Below, piece after piece: positions 46,651 through 61,736 of a DNA stretch of 64,000 bases. The notes below the pieces were generated by a model. That model was not told where the DNA came from and made no database searches. It saw only the letters and a program-made list of their open reading frames with translations. Source of the stretch: the human T2T-CHM13v2.0 reference genome, Homo sapiens; NCBI RefSeq assembly GCF_009914755.1, contig NC_060925.1; one strand, given 5' to 3'. Position numbers and translations under genes: made by a program. How positions within the stretch are numbered: position 1 is the stretch's first letter; each line of letters begins with the position of its first letter.

Positions 46651-46929
46651 CAGTGACTTTAAAACTTTTTAACTGTGAAAGAAAAATTTAACTTTATATT
46701 ATGAACGACTGCAAACACACACACACTCTTTCACACACACACTCTCTTTCACACACACATGCCACCTGTCTCTACACAAATACATACATATAAAATGGAT
46801 ATGAAAGTATAGGAAAACAGTACATGCTGCTTTATGTGACATTAGCTGTGATATTTAACACTATTACAACCTACTAAATTAATTTTATAACCAACCAATA
46901 GGCTATGACTCATACCTTATAAAACACTA
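46651..46929. mobile_element. hAT-Charlie-type MITE with an internal (CA)-rich tract
   Basis: Termini CAGTGACTTTAAAAC ... AAAACACTA, with a degenerate 8-bp TSD ATCTACAA/GTGTACAA. Confidence 0.55.
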
Positions 46930-47189
46930 GTGTACAAAACAGTGAAAACAGTGGCAATCTAGAGACTTTGGGTTCTGTCCATCCAGCAGAAGTCTGACAG
47001 ATGTGTTTTGTTAGGCCTGAGCACTGTGTTTATTTATTTGTTGGCTTTTTATAATTAACCCAACTTTCACCTCAGAACTACTGAAAATATCTAAGGCAAG
47101 GCTTGAGTGTGCATACTTTGGAATATTCTTACAGTTGAGAACACAACTGTTTACATTTTTCCTGAGTAATTTCATCCAATACCACGGTC

Positions 47190-48740
<1,551 letters not shown>

Positions 48741-50640
48741 GTCCGTTAATCTTTTTGTGTGTGTGATTTTATGCAAGATACCTCTCTGCACTTTAGTCTG
48801 TCCCTTTGACTTGTAGGAATCTTTTGGGGTTTAGACTAAATACATGTGACATGCACGACACAACTTCTGGGCATCTACGCAGACATTTTCTAACCCTTGA
48901 TTTCGTGTTTGTAAGTCAAATCTAAGTTTTTTGCATAGCAAAATTAACAAAGTTAAAATATTTTGCTTCAGAGGAAATGACGTATTGTCTAAAAATACAC
49001 TTTCAAATGTTTGTATATTTATTGACAATCTATGCCAAATCTAGAGGTAATCTGGAGGTAAAAAGTGAATAAACTACTGACACTTTAATCCATATTGTTT
49101 TGCATCAATATCACAAACTGTACACATTTTGGGGACATTTGTTTATTTCTAATAATTATAATGACTTGTATAAAATATTTGGTCGCATCATATCTTCTTG
49201 TTTTCTTTAGCAGGGAGGTGGGAGTGGGGGGTGGCCTCAAAGGGAAAATATCGAAAACCAACTTAGTTTCGTAACCAAAGCATCACAATGCTTTCAAATG
49301 GCTAGGAGTCGATCAATTTGGAGAGGTAGCTAGTCAACTGTAGCATTAATATGACTCACACAAAAAAATCTTTAATAATCTCTGTAAAAGAGTAAATAGA
49401 GCTTCAATGAAATTTGGAAACGATGACTTTATTTGTAAGAAGAATCAGAAAAAAATGGACCATGCAGTGTTGGAGCATTAATAAGGCTTGCAGCTTAGTG
49501 AGATTTAAGTGTAAAGAGAGACAAACTAATCAGAAACACAGAAATACAATAGGCAGAAATGGCAGCTGAGGTATAGAGAGAGGGCTGCAGGACTCATGGG
49601 CAAATCTCTCCTTAGTTTAGAGAGTGCTAGGAGGAGGGTAGCTAAAGACAGGCATTTTAGTTTGCAAAGCTCTTCAGGACGTTATCCTAATCTCACTCTC
49701 CTGGGGAAACAGTGCACACAAAACATTTTGCATGGAAAGAGGTGTCTGTATTTTCTGAGGGCAGCCTCTCAGGAAAGAAAGGGAGCTGGCCACTGGATTT
49801 ATTCTAGATGAATAATAGGAACCAGGGAATAATTGAAGGCATATTAAAATAGTATAAATATCCACAGCAGAGGAAATTTTTATATAGGGTCTAGGGAATT
49901 AGAATAAGGAAAAAGGTGAGCAAATTAGCAAAGTCGAATTTTAGTTCTGCTTTTCAGGGAAAAGAACTGGAACTCTGCTATTCAGAAATAAACTGTGAAG
50001 AAGAGTGGCCAAAACCTATGACACAGCAGAGGCACTAATTTCTAAACGACAAATCCTAAGATGTACTGCTCTAGACTGATCCTCTGTCAGAACAAGATTA
50101 AATGGATAACCGATTTGGTCTTTTCCATCTCTAGCTCCTTTTTATTTCCACATCCATTATTCTATGAATATACAAGAAAGGGAAATATAATATTGTTAAA
50201 GCTCAGGTATGATTTATTGACTCACTGTATCTTTTAAGATAGCACATATACTTTGTGTTGTCATACTTGATAGCACATTTTTTCATGAATAATTGTGAAT
50301 AAACAGACTCATAAACCCTGTTTAAAGTGTCAGTGCATAAGTTACTGCCAGTGGTGTCTTGGGGCTGCATTAACTTACACGTGTAATTTTTCTTCCTTCC
50401 TCTTTCTTCTCTCCTCCCTTTTTTAATTAATAGATTTTCTCACTCTTGAGCATTTAGCATCGCCTTGTTTGCTTGATGCAGCTCCCTTTGGGGTTTCGCC
50501 TGCGGATGAGGCAGAAGAACCTGGGGAAAGCAGTTTGATGAATCACAGTTTGTTGAAGGCCATTATGGTAGTAGCGATAGAGAAATCGAATATTTGCAAA
50601 ATGCCAGAGGTGAAGGAATAGGACACACATGATTAAAGTT

Positions 50641-50681
50641 GCCATAAAATCAAAGCTGTCAAAGCAACAAAAGCCATAAAA
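50641..50681. promoter_or_regulatory. Candidate enhancer motif cluster (HOX/CDX, TCF/LEF, MEIS, SOX-like)
   Basis: GCCATAAAA twice, with ATCAAAG, CTGTCA and AACAAAAG abutting, in non-repetitive sequence. Motif match only. Confidence 0.35.
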
Positions 50682-53199
50682 AAGAAATATTCTGGCAACG
50701 TCAGTCTCCCACACATCCAGGGGAAGCATGTTACTGAAGAAGTCCATTAGGAGTAGAGGAGGGATTTTTTCCCATTGACTATGAAAGCATGCGCTGAACT
50801 ATAAATGTTCTTTGCCCTAGAAATTTTAGCTGAGACACCTGGGGACTGCAACCTTAAAACATCATTCAGGATACAAATCCTCTCAGCACTGTTGGAAAGG
50901 GCTGAAGAAAGGGCAAGGCAGGGTGCAGCGGTGTGGTGTAAAGGGTAAGGTAGGAAGAGTAATTGAGGAAGGAGATGTGAAGACTGGGGCTGACTTTGGA
51001 TGAGGAATCGTGTAGTGAAAAGCACCTGTGTTGTCCTTTCCTAAAGATGGTATTATCAAGGAGCTGGAAGTATGGAAAAAGCCCTCATTTCCTCCTCAGA
51101 ATTCACGACTATGGAGCAGATAGAATCTGCTGAGTGGTTCGTGAAATGTGTATTAAGAGAACAAAATGATCGTTCTTCCTACCTGAAGAGATCCAGGTAC
51201 TTTGGTAGAAGTGGTTGTTTAGAAAGAGAGAAAGCAATTTGTAAAGCTCACAAAGTAATCTAACTATCTAAGGAGGTACCAGGAAAGGGCTACAGTGATT
51301 ACTCTTGCCGCCCTCAATGGAAAACTCTTGATTGGAAGGTAGAGGCCTAGGATTCAACACAAGTTCTGAAGTTGTGGAAAGGGTTTGAGTGGGAGATCAG
51401 AGAAAACTAAAGGAGTACAAAAGAACAAATTTGCAATTTGGTTTAAACAGAAACAAACCGTCTTATAGCTCCCTGCTTGGAAAAAAATATTACACATTTT
51501 TTTTTCCTGTCAGGTTACTAGCAGCATCATTTAAAATACTTTTGTATTCAGTAGGTGCTTGCCAAATTTAGCTGCACTCAAACAACCTTCTGGCACCGTG
51601 AATCCATGACCACTTTGTAATGAGGAGTCTAGTTTTTTTTTCCAACATGCTTTTTCAGAATCTCCAGTAGGAGCTGTGATGAGGCAGTGAGACAGTGAAG
51701 ATGCAAAGCTGGGGCAATTGAAAACCCGCTGGTAGTAGATGTGCTCCACTCCTGGAGGGACATCCCAGAGACCGATAAGCAGGAGAGAGAGTTGACAGTC
51801 AGGTAGGAGGGACACCAGATAGGTCTAAAAGGCCATCGAGGTCTCAATCTTCTACAAATTATTTTTGTTAATTGCTGTTCAAACGTCCCAGAAAGGTTCC
51901 TTTTATTGATACCTAGGGCTACTTGGGGCCACTTGATTACATTCAGCTGTTACAAATAGAGGCCAAAAAATAATGCATACACTTGTCCTGAGGGATTGGC
52001 TCTATTCCTGGAATGGAGCTAGTGCTCAGAAGAATTCAGCTGCTATGTCTCCTACTGTCTACACAGCAGTCATGAGAGGCTTGCCACTTAGTGGAAAATT
52101 GATCCTGGGAAAGTCACCTACCTAAGATCCCTTATTTGCAGAACGAGAGTACTGGCAACAGATGACCCATAATGCCCCTTCCGGTTGGAAAAACTTTACA
52201 GTTTTAAACAGAGAGTTTAAAATAACTTCTCTGTTTTCTCATTTGTAAAATGGGGACATTAAAATTAATCCTTTTTCCCCCAGGGTTATTGTAAACCATT
52301 AGCCTGTTGCAAACTTTACAATGTTATGAAATTATAAGAAATCATTATTGTCATCATGATAATCATCATCACCATTATCTCTTTATTTTTAACATTTTCC
52401 TGTAAACATGAAAGCTTCCATTTGGGAACACGTTCAATTTCTTTGAATGGATTGAAAGAAAGGCACACAATGTTCTTCTAAATATATTTTGCAAGAGTTT
52501 GCTTTAATTTTAAAAAATAAATATCTGAACTCATCTTGCAATAAAAAATACACTTGTGTGATTGTAATCATTTCCATGGTAGCAAATTGGGAGGTCACAC
52601 AGAAAAGGTCTGAGACTTGACTGCAGGTTCAAGCAGCAGGAGAAGCTGGTTTGAGACCAAATAAGCTCTTATTCAAGTAAAACTGTCGAAAAACACTGCC
52701 AAGGGAATACAGAAAATAACTGGGAAAGGAAATTGCTTTTGGAATAAATGTTCTGTTCTTTCAAGTTTGCTCTGGTAGAAAAGTGCCTGTTTGAAGAGAC
52801 TTAATAGAACCATTAGAGGGACAAAACATGAAATATCTCATGAAATCTTAAAAGGTTTATTTTATAACCATTTTTTCTAAAGGCATATGTGGAGGAAAAA
52901 GAAACCAAGGAGATGAAATTTGTACTCTTGTACACAAATGCGTAAGGCTATTTGATGTAGAACAATTACTTGTGTCTAAATCTATTTCAAATATGCTATT
53001 TGATATGTGCTTTGCCATGTTTCTTGTTATTATTTATGTATCCTGTGCTACCCATAGGTCTCGACATCAGACTAAAGTGCTTTGTTTTCCTGGACTTGCT
53101 CTTTTATAAACCTTTGCAGTTACTCCTAGCTCTTTAATAATCATCAATTGAATTCTCCTCAATTTTAGTAAAAGCTTTTAGCATAACTTTCAACCTGTT

Positions 53200-54680
53200 A
53201 TTTATCAGTTACTGAACATCTACTGTGTATCAGGTACTGTTCATTCATTTGTTCAACAAATATTACTTGGCTGCCTGTCCTAGCTATGGGAATAAAAGAC
53301 TGTATAAGATATAGTCCCTACCCCCAAATAATTTATAATTAGGTGGAATTTAATATCTAGACCATTAAAATATGATAAAAAAGGGTCTGTCTTCTATGAA
53401 GAGCAACTAATCCAGTATTTCCTGCAGGATGGATTGAGATTGTTAGAGGTATTCATAATTTGGTTGAGGCATCAAAGACCAGCAGGAATTAGTTCATCCA
53501 ATGGAGGAGTGAGAAAGGTATCCAAAAAGAGAAGGGTGGGGTATTCCTAGGCTTGGAATGGAAGGAAGATGTATTAATCTTCTACGGCTGCTATGACAGT
53601 TTATGAAAGACTTAGTGGCTTAAACAACAGAAATGTATTTTTTCACAGTTTTGGAGGCTGGAAGGCCAAGAGCAAGGTGCTAGCAGAGACTGTTTCTGGT
53701 GAGACCTCTTTTCTTGCCTTGCAGATGGCTACTTTTTTGCTGTATCCTCAGAGGGCCTTTCTACTGAGTGCATGCAAACCTGGTGTCTCTGACTTTTCTT
53801 GTAAGGACACCAGCCCTTATAAGGGGAGTAAGGCACTCATATGGGGGGAGTAAGGCTCCACTTTTATGACTTCATTTAACTTTCCTTATCTCTTTAAAAG
53901 CTCTATCTGCAAACACAGTTACATGGGGGGTTAGGACTTCAACCTACGTATTTAAAGAGTTCAGTCCATAACAGAAAGTAATGAGCTTATTTCAGCAGTT
54001 CAGCATCATTTAAGTCTAGTCAGTGAATAAAATAATAGAAAATTTGTAAAACACTTGAATGTCAAGCTATTCATCTAAAGTTAATAAATCACAGGGCACT
54101 GGTGAGCCATTTAAAGGTCTGTCCAATGGCCTACTGTGATCAAATTTGCTCTTCATCAGGATCATTCTGGTTGCAGGGTGAAGGATGAATAGAGGTGGGG
54201 TCAGTGGCAGAGGCAAGATCAGACACAGAGAGAGTAAGAGTGTGGCGGTTGGCCAGGCCAGTGACATTGGTGGCTTGAATCAGAAGTGGATAGATCTGGA
54301 AGAATTTCAGGAGGTAGAATTGATAGGAATTGATTAGTTGTGTACAGAGAGTAAAGAAGGGAAAATTGTTGATGTTAAGTTTTTGCTATTTGGAGTAACC
54401 AAGTGAGATAAGCAATAAAGAAAAAAATACTGGAAATTAGGAGTTAGACAGGAGACGATAGGACCAGCTTTGACATGGTAAACTTGGGGCTGGTACAATA
54501 TCCAAATGGGCATGTTTGAATAGATATTATATATATATATATTAGATATAAGCCTGAATCTCAGTAAAGAGATATTGGATGAAATCAGTTTAAAACTATT
54601 TAGAACATGAGCAAGTTCGCAGTTAGAGCTATGAGAGTAAAATAAATTATCTCTATTAATACAAAATAAGAAGACATTGG
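53200..54680 (-). mobile_element. L2 (antisense) split by MLT1A
   Basis: TTCATTCATTTGTTCAACAAATATT..., GATCATTCTGGTTGCAG, GAGGTAGAATTGATAGGA. Confidence 0.72.
53570..53973 (-). mobile_element. MLT1A/MLT1A0 solo LTR
   Basis: TGTATTA...GTGGCTTAAACAACAGAAATG...GGAGGCTGGAAG...TTCAGTCCATAACA. Confidence 0.9.
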
Positions 54681-55239
54681 ACAAACTACAAATAGGAAGT
54701 CAGAAGTATTGCCATTAAAAATAAGAAGAGAGGAAGACAATTTCTTCCTCTTAATGGTAGATATATGAAATGTAATTCAAATATAACTCTATTTGTGAAT
54801 TTGAGTCAATGCCCTCAATAAAGAACAAATTATGTTTTTATTGTGATTTACCAAATAAATTTCATTAAAAAGATTTGTTTCTCTTGTATTTATATAGTTT
54901 TATTCTCTCTGATTTAAATTTCAATTTATGATTTGATTTTCAGCTTAAAAGTCTTTTAAAATCTAATTATTATTTTGACTCCATTAATTTTCCAAGTGTT
55001 CCAGTTAGTCTAAGACTAAAGCCTAAATCCCTATTAACTAGCAATGGAGTTTACAAATTTTGAATTACCCCATAATAACTCAAATCTGAGGAAATTTGAC
55101 TTTCTAAACATTACATTATTTTCTGCTTTTGAATTCAAGTTGCATAATTTTAACAGCTATATTTTAAGGCATTATCAAAAAATGTTAGTTCCTGTTCTTG
55201 GTGAAGATATTTGTTGCTCCTGTATCTCATTCACAGTAC

Positions 55240-55241
<2 letters not shown>

Positions 55242-55290
<49 letters not shown>
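55242..55290. repeat. (CA)n microsatellite with one interruption
   Basis: About 24 units. Confidence 0.97.
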
Positions 55291-55556
55291 GTTATATCTA
55301 CCTTAGGTAAGTATACTTATTATGGTTGTTTCCAGGGAATTGGCAAGGCTATCAAGGAGGGGGAAACCCATATAACTGGTTATTATTGATTCTTGAGCTT
55401 TGGCAAATTCATTCTTTGAGCATATATCTACTGTATCTTTGAGCATCTATCTTCCATTTCAAAGGCTGTGCTAGGTGCAGTGAATAGAGAAAACAGCCAT
55501 GAACAGAAGTGACATGAGCCCTGTCCTTCCTCAGCTTACGGTATATCTACTTCGGT

Positions 55557-56298
55557 TTTGTCCCCCTAGCTTCACTGAGGCTTGATTAACAAATAAAAAA
55601 TTGTATATATTTAAGGTATAAAAGGTAATGATTTGCTGTACATTACAAAATGATTACCACAATAAAGCTAATTAACATATCCATCGCCCCATCTCACATA
55701 CTTTTGTGTGTGTGTGTAGTGAAAACACAACATCTATTCTCCTAGCACATTTCAAGTATACAATGCATCCTTACTAACTATGGCCACTGCGCCGTATATT
55801 GCTGTCCAGAACACATTCATCTCATGATGGAAAGCTTGTACCCTTTGACTACCATCTCCCCATTTCTGCCACCTCACGCCCCTGGTAACCACCATTTCAC
55901 TTGCCATTCTTATGAATTTTATATTTTAGATTTCACATTTAAGTGAGATGATACAGCATTTGTCTTTCTGTGTCTGGCTTATTTCACTTAGTATAATGTT
56001 GTACAGTTTCATCTGTGCTGTCCTAAGTAGCAGGATTTTGTTTTTTTCTTAAGGCTGAATAATATTCCATTGTGTGTGTGTACATATATCTCTCTCTATA
56101 TATAGATATAAATATATATAGTGTGAGATACATATGTGTGTGTGTATATACATATATCATAGTTTCTTAATCTATTCATCTGTTGACAGACACTTCGGTT
56201 GTTTCTTTATCTTGGCTACTGTGAATAATGCTGAAATGAACATGGGAGTACAGATATCTTTCTGAAATAGTGTTTTCATTTTCTTTGGCTATTCCTTG
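55557..56298 (-). mobile_element. L1MA8/L1MA9-like 3' end
   Basis: ACAAATAAAAAATTGTATATATTTAAGG...AAGCTAATTAACATATCCATC...TGTCTTTCTGTGTCTGGCTTATTTCACTTAG. Confidence 0.88.
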
Positions 56299-57808
56299 CC
56301 AGCATATATACTTTGTGAACATGCCTAAAAATACTGCTCTACAAACCTTTTCCCTACGCTATGAGAACACGATCTTTTGCTTGCAGCTGTGTGTAGAAGA
56401 AGCCATTGTAACTCAGCTTGTTAATTCCATCACCTGCATGATGTCTTGCTGAAGGTACCTACTCTGTGTCCCAAATCTTGTCTCACAGTCGGGTAAGTAT
56501 TGGCCTGGACCAACATCAGCCATCATGGAGTCAATTGTTATCAGGCCCAAAAAGGTAGGAATAAAGGTAGGTCTAGGGTTCTCTTTGGATTGGTATTGTT
56601 TCCAAATCTCTGTTCATAGGTCTACCTCTCCAGCTTCGAATATTCAGGAATGCAGGAGATATTAGCTGAAGCAGGAAGAGAGCAAATGGGAGGTAGTATT
56701 AGTTAACTTAAAAGTGACATCCTTTGGACATGTAAACTGTGGTAAGAATTCCAAGATCTCCACTGCCTCTTGCCTCTTGATTTCCACAGACTTTTGCATC
56801 ATTTTAAAAAAAGTGTAGACTAACTTAAGGCAAGCAACATTATCTACATTACATTCTTGTCTTTAGAAAAATGTAATGATGTGGACAGATAAAATGGAAA
56901 GGACTTAAAAAATTGTATCTAATGCTTTGGTTGATCTGCTAAATAATATTTATTATGCCTCCATTTAGAACATTTGGAAAAAGAGAGGCCTATACAATTT
57001 TTCACACTCATTTTTTGTTAAAATGGGAAAAGAGAGAGCTGTTAGATCAATATACAATCATTTTAATAAAAAATAGTACCAAGTATCAAATGAATGAATG
57101 TTTTCATTGTCCATTATTTTTCTTATCTGCCAAGCAGTAGATCTGAAAAACACAATTAGAAGATTTAGAAGTACTTGAAATTGGAAATGCATTTTGTTAT
57201 TAAATTGGCCTAAGAAAGTCATGATTTTTCCTCAGGGGTACTTCAGTACCTTGATAGATTATAGATGGTGGGTTATTATGAAATGCTGACAGAAATGGCT
57301 GTGATTTGAAAGCTATTCCTTAAGAATTCGATCTGTAATTTCTTTTAACATTTGACAGAGTTTCATGACATTAGAACCACTAAGTTCATTGAAATTCAAT
57401 GATGGTAGAGTTTCTTACATACACTTCTCTTTTAGAGATAACATTTCTGTTTCCTGACACAGAGATTCAGAATGAATATCTCAGGAAGGAGAGAAAACAA
57501 AACAGAAACTACAAAAAACTCATTTCAAAATAAAATCAAGCACACCAGAACAAGTATCATATTGGGTAATACTTGAAGTGTGGGAAAAGGAGCAAATTTA
57601 ATTGATAGAAAACAGACTTTCGTATTCAAGGTCAAACATTTCATCTTTTCTTTCTTGTCAAGGCAGTACCAGATAAATTTAAAAATTAAATAGTAATAAC
57701 TCAAATTGCTCTAGGGCTGTTTTGTCAACCTCAGCAGTTCTAGAAAGCATGATTGAAAGTGTAGCCCTCCCACCCACAAATATTAACCTTAACCTTTCAA
57801 CAGCTTTT

Positions 57809-58100
57809 TTTTTTTTTTTGAAAAGGAGTCTTGCTCTGTCATCCAGGCCGGGGTCCAGTGGTGCAACCTCAGCTCAAAACAACCTCTGCCTCCAGGGTTC
57901 AAGTGATTTCCTGACTCAGCCTCCCAAGCAGCTAGGATTTCAGGCGTGTGCCACCACACCCAGCTAGTTTTTGTATTTTTAGTAGAGACGGAGTTTCACC
58001 ATGTTGGCCAGGCTGGTCTCAAACCCCTGATCTCAGGTGATCCGCCCGCCTCAGCCTCCCAGAATGCTGTGATTACAGACATGAGCCACCGCTCCTGGCC
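57809..58100 (-). mobile_element. AluS (Sx-like)
   Basis: Full dimer. TSD CTTTCAACAG(C/G)TTTT at 57794-57808 and 58103-58117. Confidence 0.95.
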
Positions 58101-59717
58101 GTCTTTCAACAGGTTTTGCAACTCGTTTTAAGACATGCATGACCAGGAATTTTCCAATCAGTTGACTTTTTTCCCTTTTTATCCCTATGTGGACACATTT
58201 ATTCAATTTATATAAATCGCCACTTTAAAGTTAACTGGGCAAATTGATTCAATTTAACAACTCCTAAGTGTGATCTTATGTATATTTGATATCAGGCTGA
58301 AAAATAATCAGAAAACTTTCCTCCTGCCCCCGTGGGTTTTTCAGGAAAAAAAATTAGGGAAAAATATATTAGTAGGTACTGCAACTCCTAAATGGGTCCC
58401 CTGATGAGAAAATAGCACACAAACTCACTGAACCAAAATATGAAGCAGGCGATGTGCTTGCTGATTTTTAGAAACTATATTTTGCTAAGCAAAGGTGGAC
58501 AATATTTTCCCAAAAACTAGGCAATTTTTTTTTCTGGCAGAGCCTATGAAAAATGATACATCAGTAGTTAAAGTTCTCTTTATGAGATTCTACCCATTAA
58601 AATTGCTCAGAACGTATAAAACATTTAAATTGGTACCATTATTTCTGTTACCTAAAAGACGACAGGTTTTCTCTGCTGGGAAAACATTAAAATTTATACA
58701 ATGAATACATATTATGTGCCTATTATGTATCAGGCATTGTGCTGTTTTTCTAAATTCAAACAAAACTGGACACACAGGCTCACACCGGATCATTGTACAC
58801 TTGCCATAGTCTTGCATTTTCCTGTATGTCACTTACAATTTCCAACCTTTAAATATGCAATGAACTACAAATCAGTTAATTTTCAGGTTACAGATACTCT
58901 GTGATAGTTGTATTCTGAATATCAAACTTGGAATTTCCAGAAAGAATAATAGCTGATGCTACGGAATAAAAGGATAAAACATTTGCAATTGTGGCTACAC
59001 AAGCTGAAATTTATGGACTGCATTCCTGTGAACCACCAGGAATAATGCCCTTTAGATTAGCATGTGTATGTATACGCTTACAGCTTTATGAATGTTAGAA
59101 ATCTGACTTAAAGGCCCATTGCACCCTTGAAATGTCTCATGTCAAAGAGCCCAGTTTCTGGTTTCTATTCTGCACTTCTAAGTGATTTTTGGATTCTTTG
59201 GAATGCCTTGCCTGCAATGGCTGTGCCATTCTTACAGCTCAATCCATGCCTTCCATGCAACTTGATTTCTAATTAGTTGTTGCCTGCTTGGAAATGAAAG
59301 CCATTTTTGCACCTTGAAGGGCAATGTGAACTTAATGAAAATATGCTGATTCAAGTTAAAGATGTTTCCGTTATGAGCAAGGGCATTGAAGGTTAACCCT
59401 GACCTTCTCAGGGAAATTGCTATGCTGTGTTTCAGTTAAGATTATGTATTACCATATTTCTTTCAGCTAAATCAGGCACATAATTTCAGGGTGAAAAGAG
59501 CTGTTTTTTTCAGAGTCACTTAAACATGAGTTGGTTTAAAAAGCCACAAAAATAAATCCTTAGCAGCAATAACAATACTAGGATAGAATGTGATGTGCTT
59601 ATCAAGAGCTGCATTGGTGTAGGGCATCTGCCTTCCTATTTGTTTTTCTCTGGTTAGAGAAATAATGTCCCCACTAGCAATAACTTCTGAAATGTCTTTA
59701 TGTATCTTGAAGTATCC

Positions 59718-59990
59718 TGTAGTGGACATTGTGATGTGCTGCCTAGATGCCTCTATAAGGAGCACTTGTTGGTCCAGCTGCTGGGAATGCTGTAGAGGAA
59801 AGCTTTTGGCTGTCAGCCCCTTCCGGGATTGCCTTAGCTTCAGAGAGTGGTCCTACCCAAGGGCAAGCTTTCCAGGCAGCAGCCAGCATCAGATGACTGA
59901 TCAATGTGAGTGGAGGGACATAACGGCATGGCCACCTCAGCCCAATCTGGGGTAATTTTGAAGGGCCATGTAGTTTTAGGGTTGTCTGTG
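59718..59990 (+). mobile_element. ERVL LTR fragment (LTR16-like)
   Basis: TGTAGTGGACATTGTGATGTGCTGCCTAGAT...CAGCTGCTGGGAATGCTG...CCGGGATTGCCT. Confidence 0.7.
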
Positions 59991-60841
59991 AAGAGATAAG
60001 AGAAAATATAACTTCACTTAAATTCACCCAGTTATCACCTGTGCTTCGTCTGTCTCTCTATGTGCACATGTGTGCATTGCAAAACTTTTAATTTCAGGCA
60101 TTGTGATGCACCACTCTGAAATACATAAGCATTTATTTTCTAAAAGTGAGAATGTTCTCCTGCATAGTCACAGTAATATTGTCACTCTCAAGGGCTAGAG
60201 CATTGATAATATACAATCATCATACATACAACTCATATGCTAATATTCCCAATGTCTTTTATGGCTGATTCCCCCCCACTGAAAATCATCAGTAAATCAG
60301 ATATTGCATTTCTCTCTTCAGTCTTCTTTAATCTACATCAATTTCTCCACCTTTTATGGAAGAAAAATCATGTGCGATACTGAAGTTTTTAATAGTTCAG
60401 GACAGTTGTTTTGTGGAATGTCATATAATCTGGATTTGCCTGATTGTTTCTTCATGATTAAGTTCATATGCAACATTTGGGGGAATAATACTACATAAGT
60501 GATGCTGTGTCCTCGGTGCATTGCATCAGAAGGCATGTAAGTTCAACCATTTTCTTTTGGGTTTTGGTTTTTTTCTCCTCAACTTTTAGAAGCTATTTAT
60601 GTATCAGATAGGTTATTGATATGTAAGTATTGAATATTTGCTATACATATTGCAAATGTTCATTTTTGTTGGTCCTTTGCCTTTTGCATTTGCTTGTAAT
60701 GTCTTGTTTTGCTATGCAAGATTTTTAAATAGTCAAAATTATTAACAGTTTACTGGTATTATATTTGGATTTTGAGTATAAAGGAATCCAATCAAATTTT
60801 CTTCAGGTATGTGATTTCAGTTTTTTGGTACACTTATATAT

Positions 60842-61256
60842 TGTGATGATTAATTTTATGCATCAATTTGGCTGAGCCATTGTGTCCAGATATTAGGTCA
60901 AACGTTTTTCTGGAAGTTTCTGTGAAGGTGTTTTTTAGGTGAGGTTAACATTTAAATCAATAGACTTTGAGTAAAGCAGGTTACCCACCATGATATAAAT
61001 GGGCTTCATGCAATCATTTGAAGGCCTTAATAGAGCAAAAACTGACCTCCCCTTAGCAAGAAAGAATTCTACCAGCAGGTTGCCTTTTAACTCAAACTGA
61101 AACTCTTCCTGAGGCTCCAACCGGCCAGACTACCTCATCAGATTTTGGACTTGGTAAGCCTCCACAATTGCATGATCCAATTCCTTAAAACAAACCTCTC
61201 TATATTTGTATATACATATTCAGTTGGTTCTGTTTTTTCTGGAGAACCTTAATACA
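60842..61256 (+). mobile_element. MLT2D ERVL solo LTR
   Basis: TGTGATGATTAATTTTATGCATCAATTTGGCTGAGCCA...AGACTTTGAGTAAAGCAG...CTGGAGAACCTTAATACA. Confidence 0.9.
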
Positions 61257-61374
61257 CATACCTTATCCATTTGGAATTTGTTTTCATGCATGGTGTGAGG
61301 TATGAATCCCATTTTACCTGTAATCCAAAAGGATATTCAGTGTGTCAACACTACTTATTAAAATGTCTATCTCT

Positions 61375-61736
<362 letters not shown>

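Noticed and set aside
55225-55312. Strong donor AG/GTAAGT at 55307 after the (CA)n tract, with similar isolated donors near 36860 and 50207
   Set aside because: The acceptors are only moderate, and such motifs are expected by chance in 64 kb.
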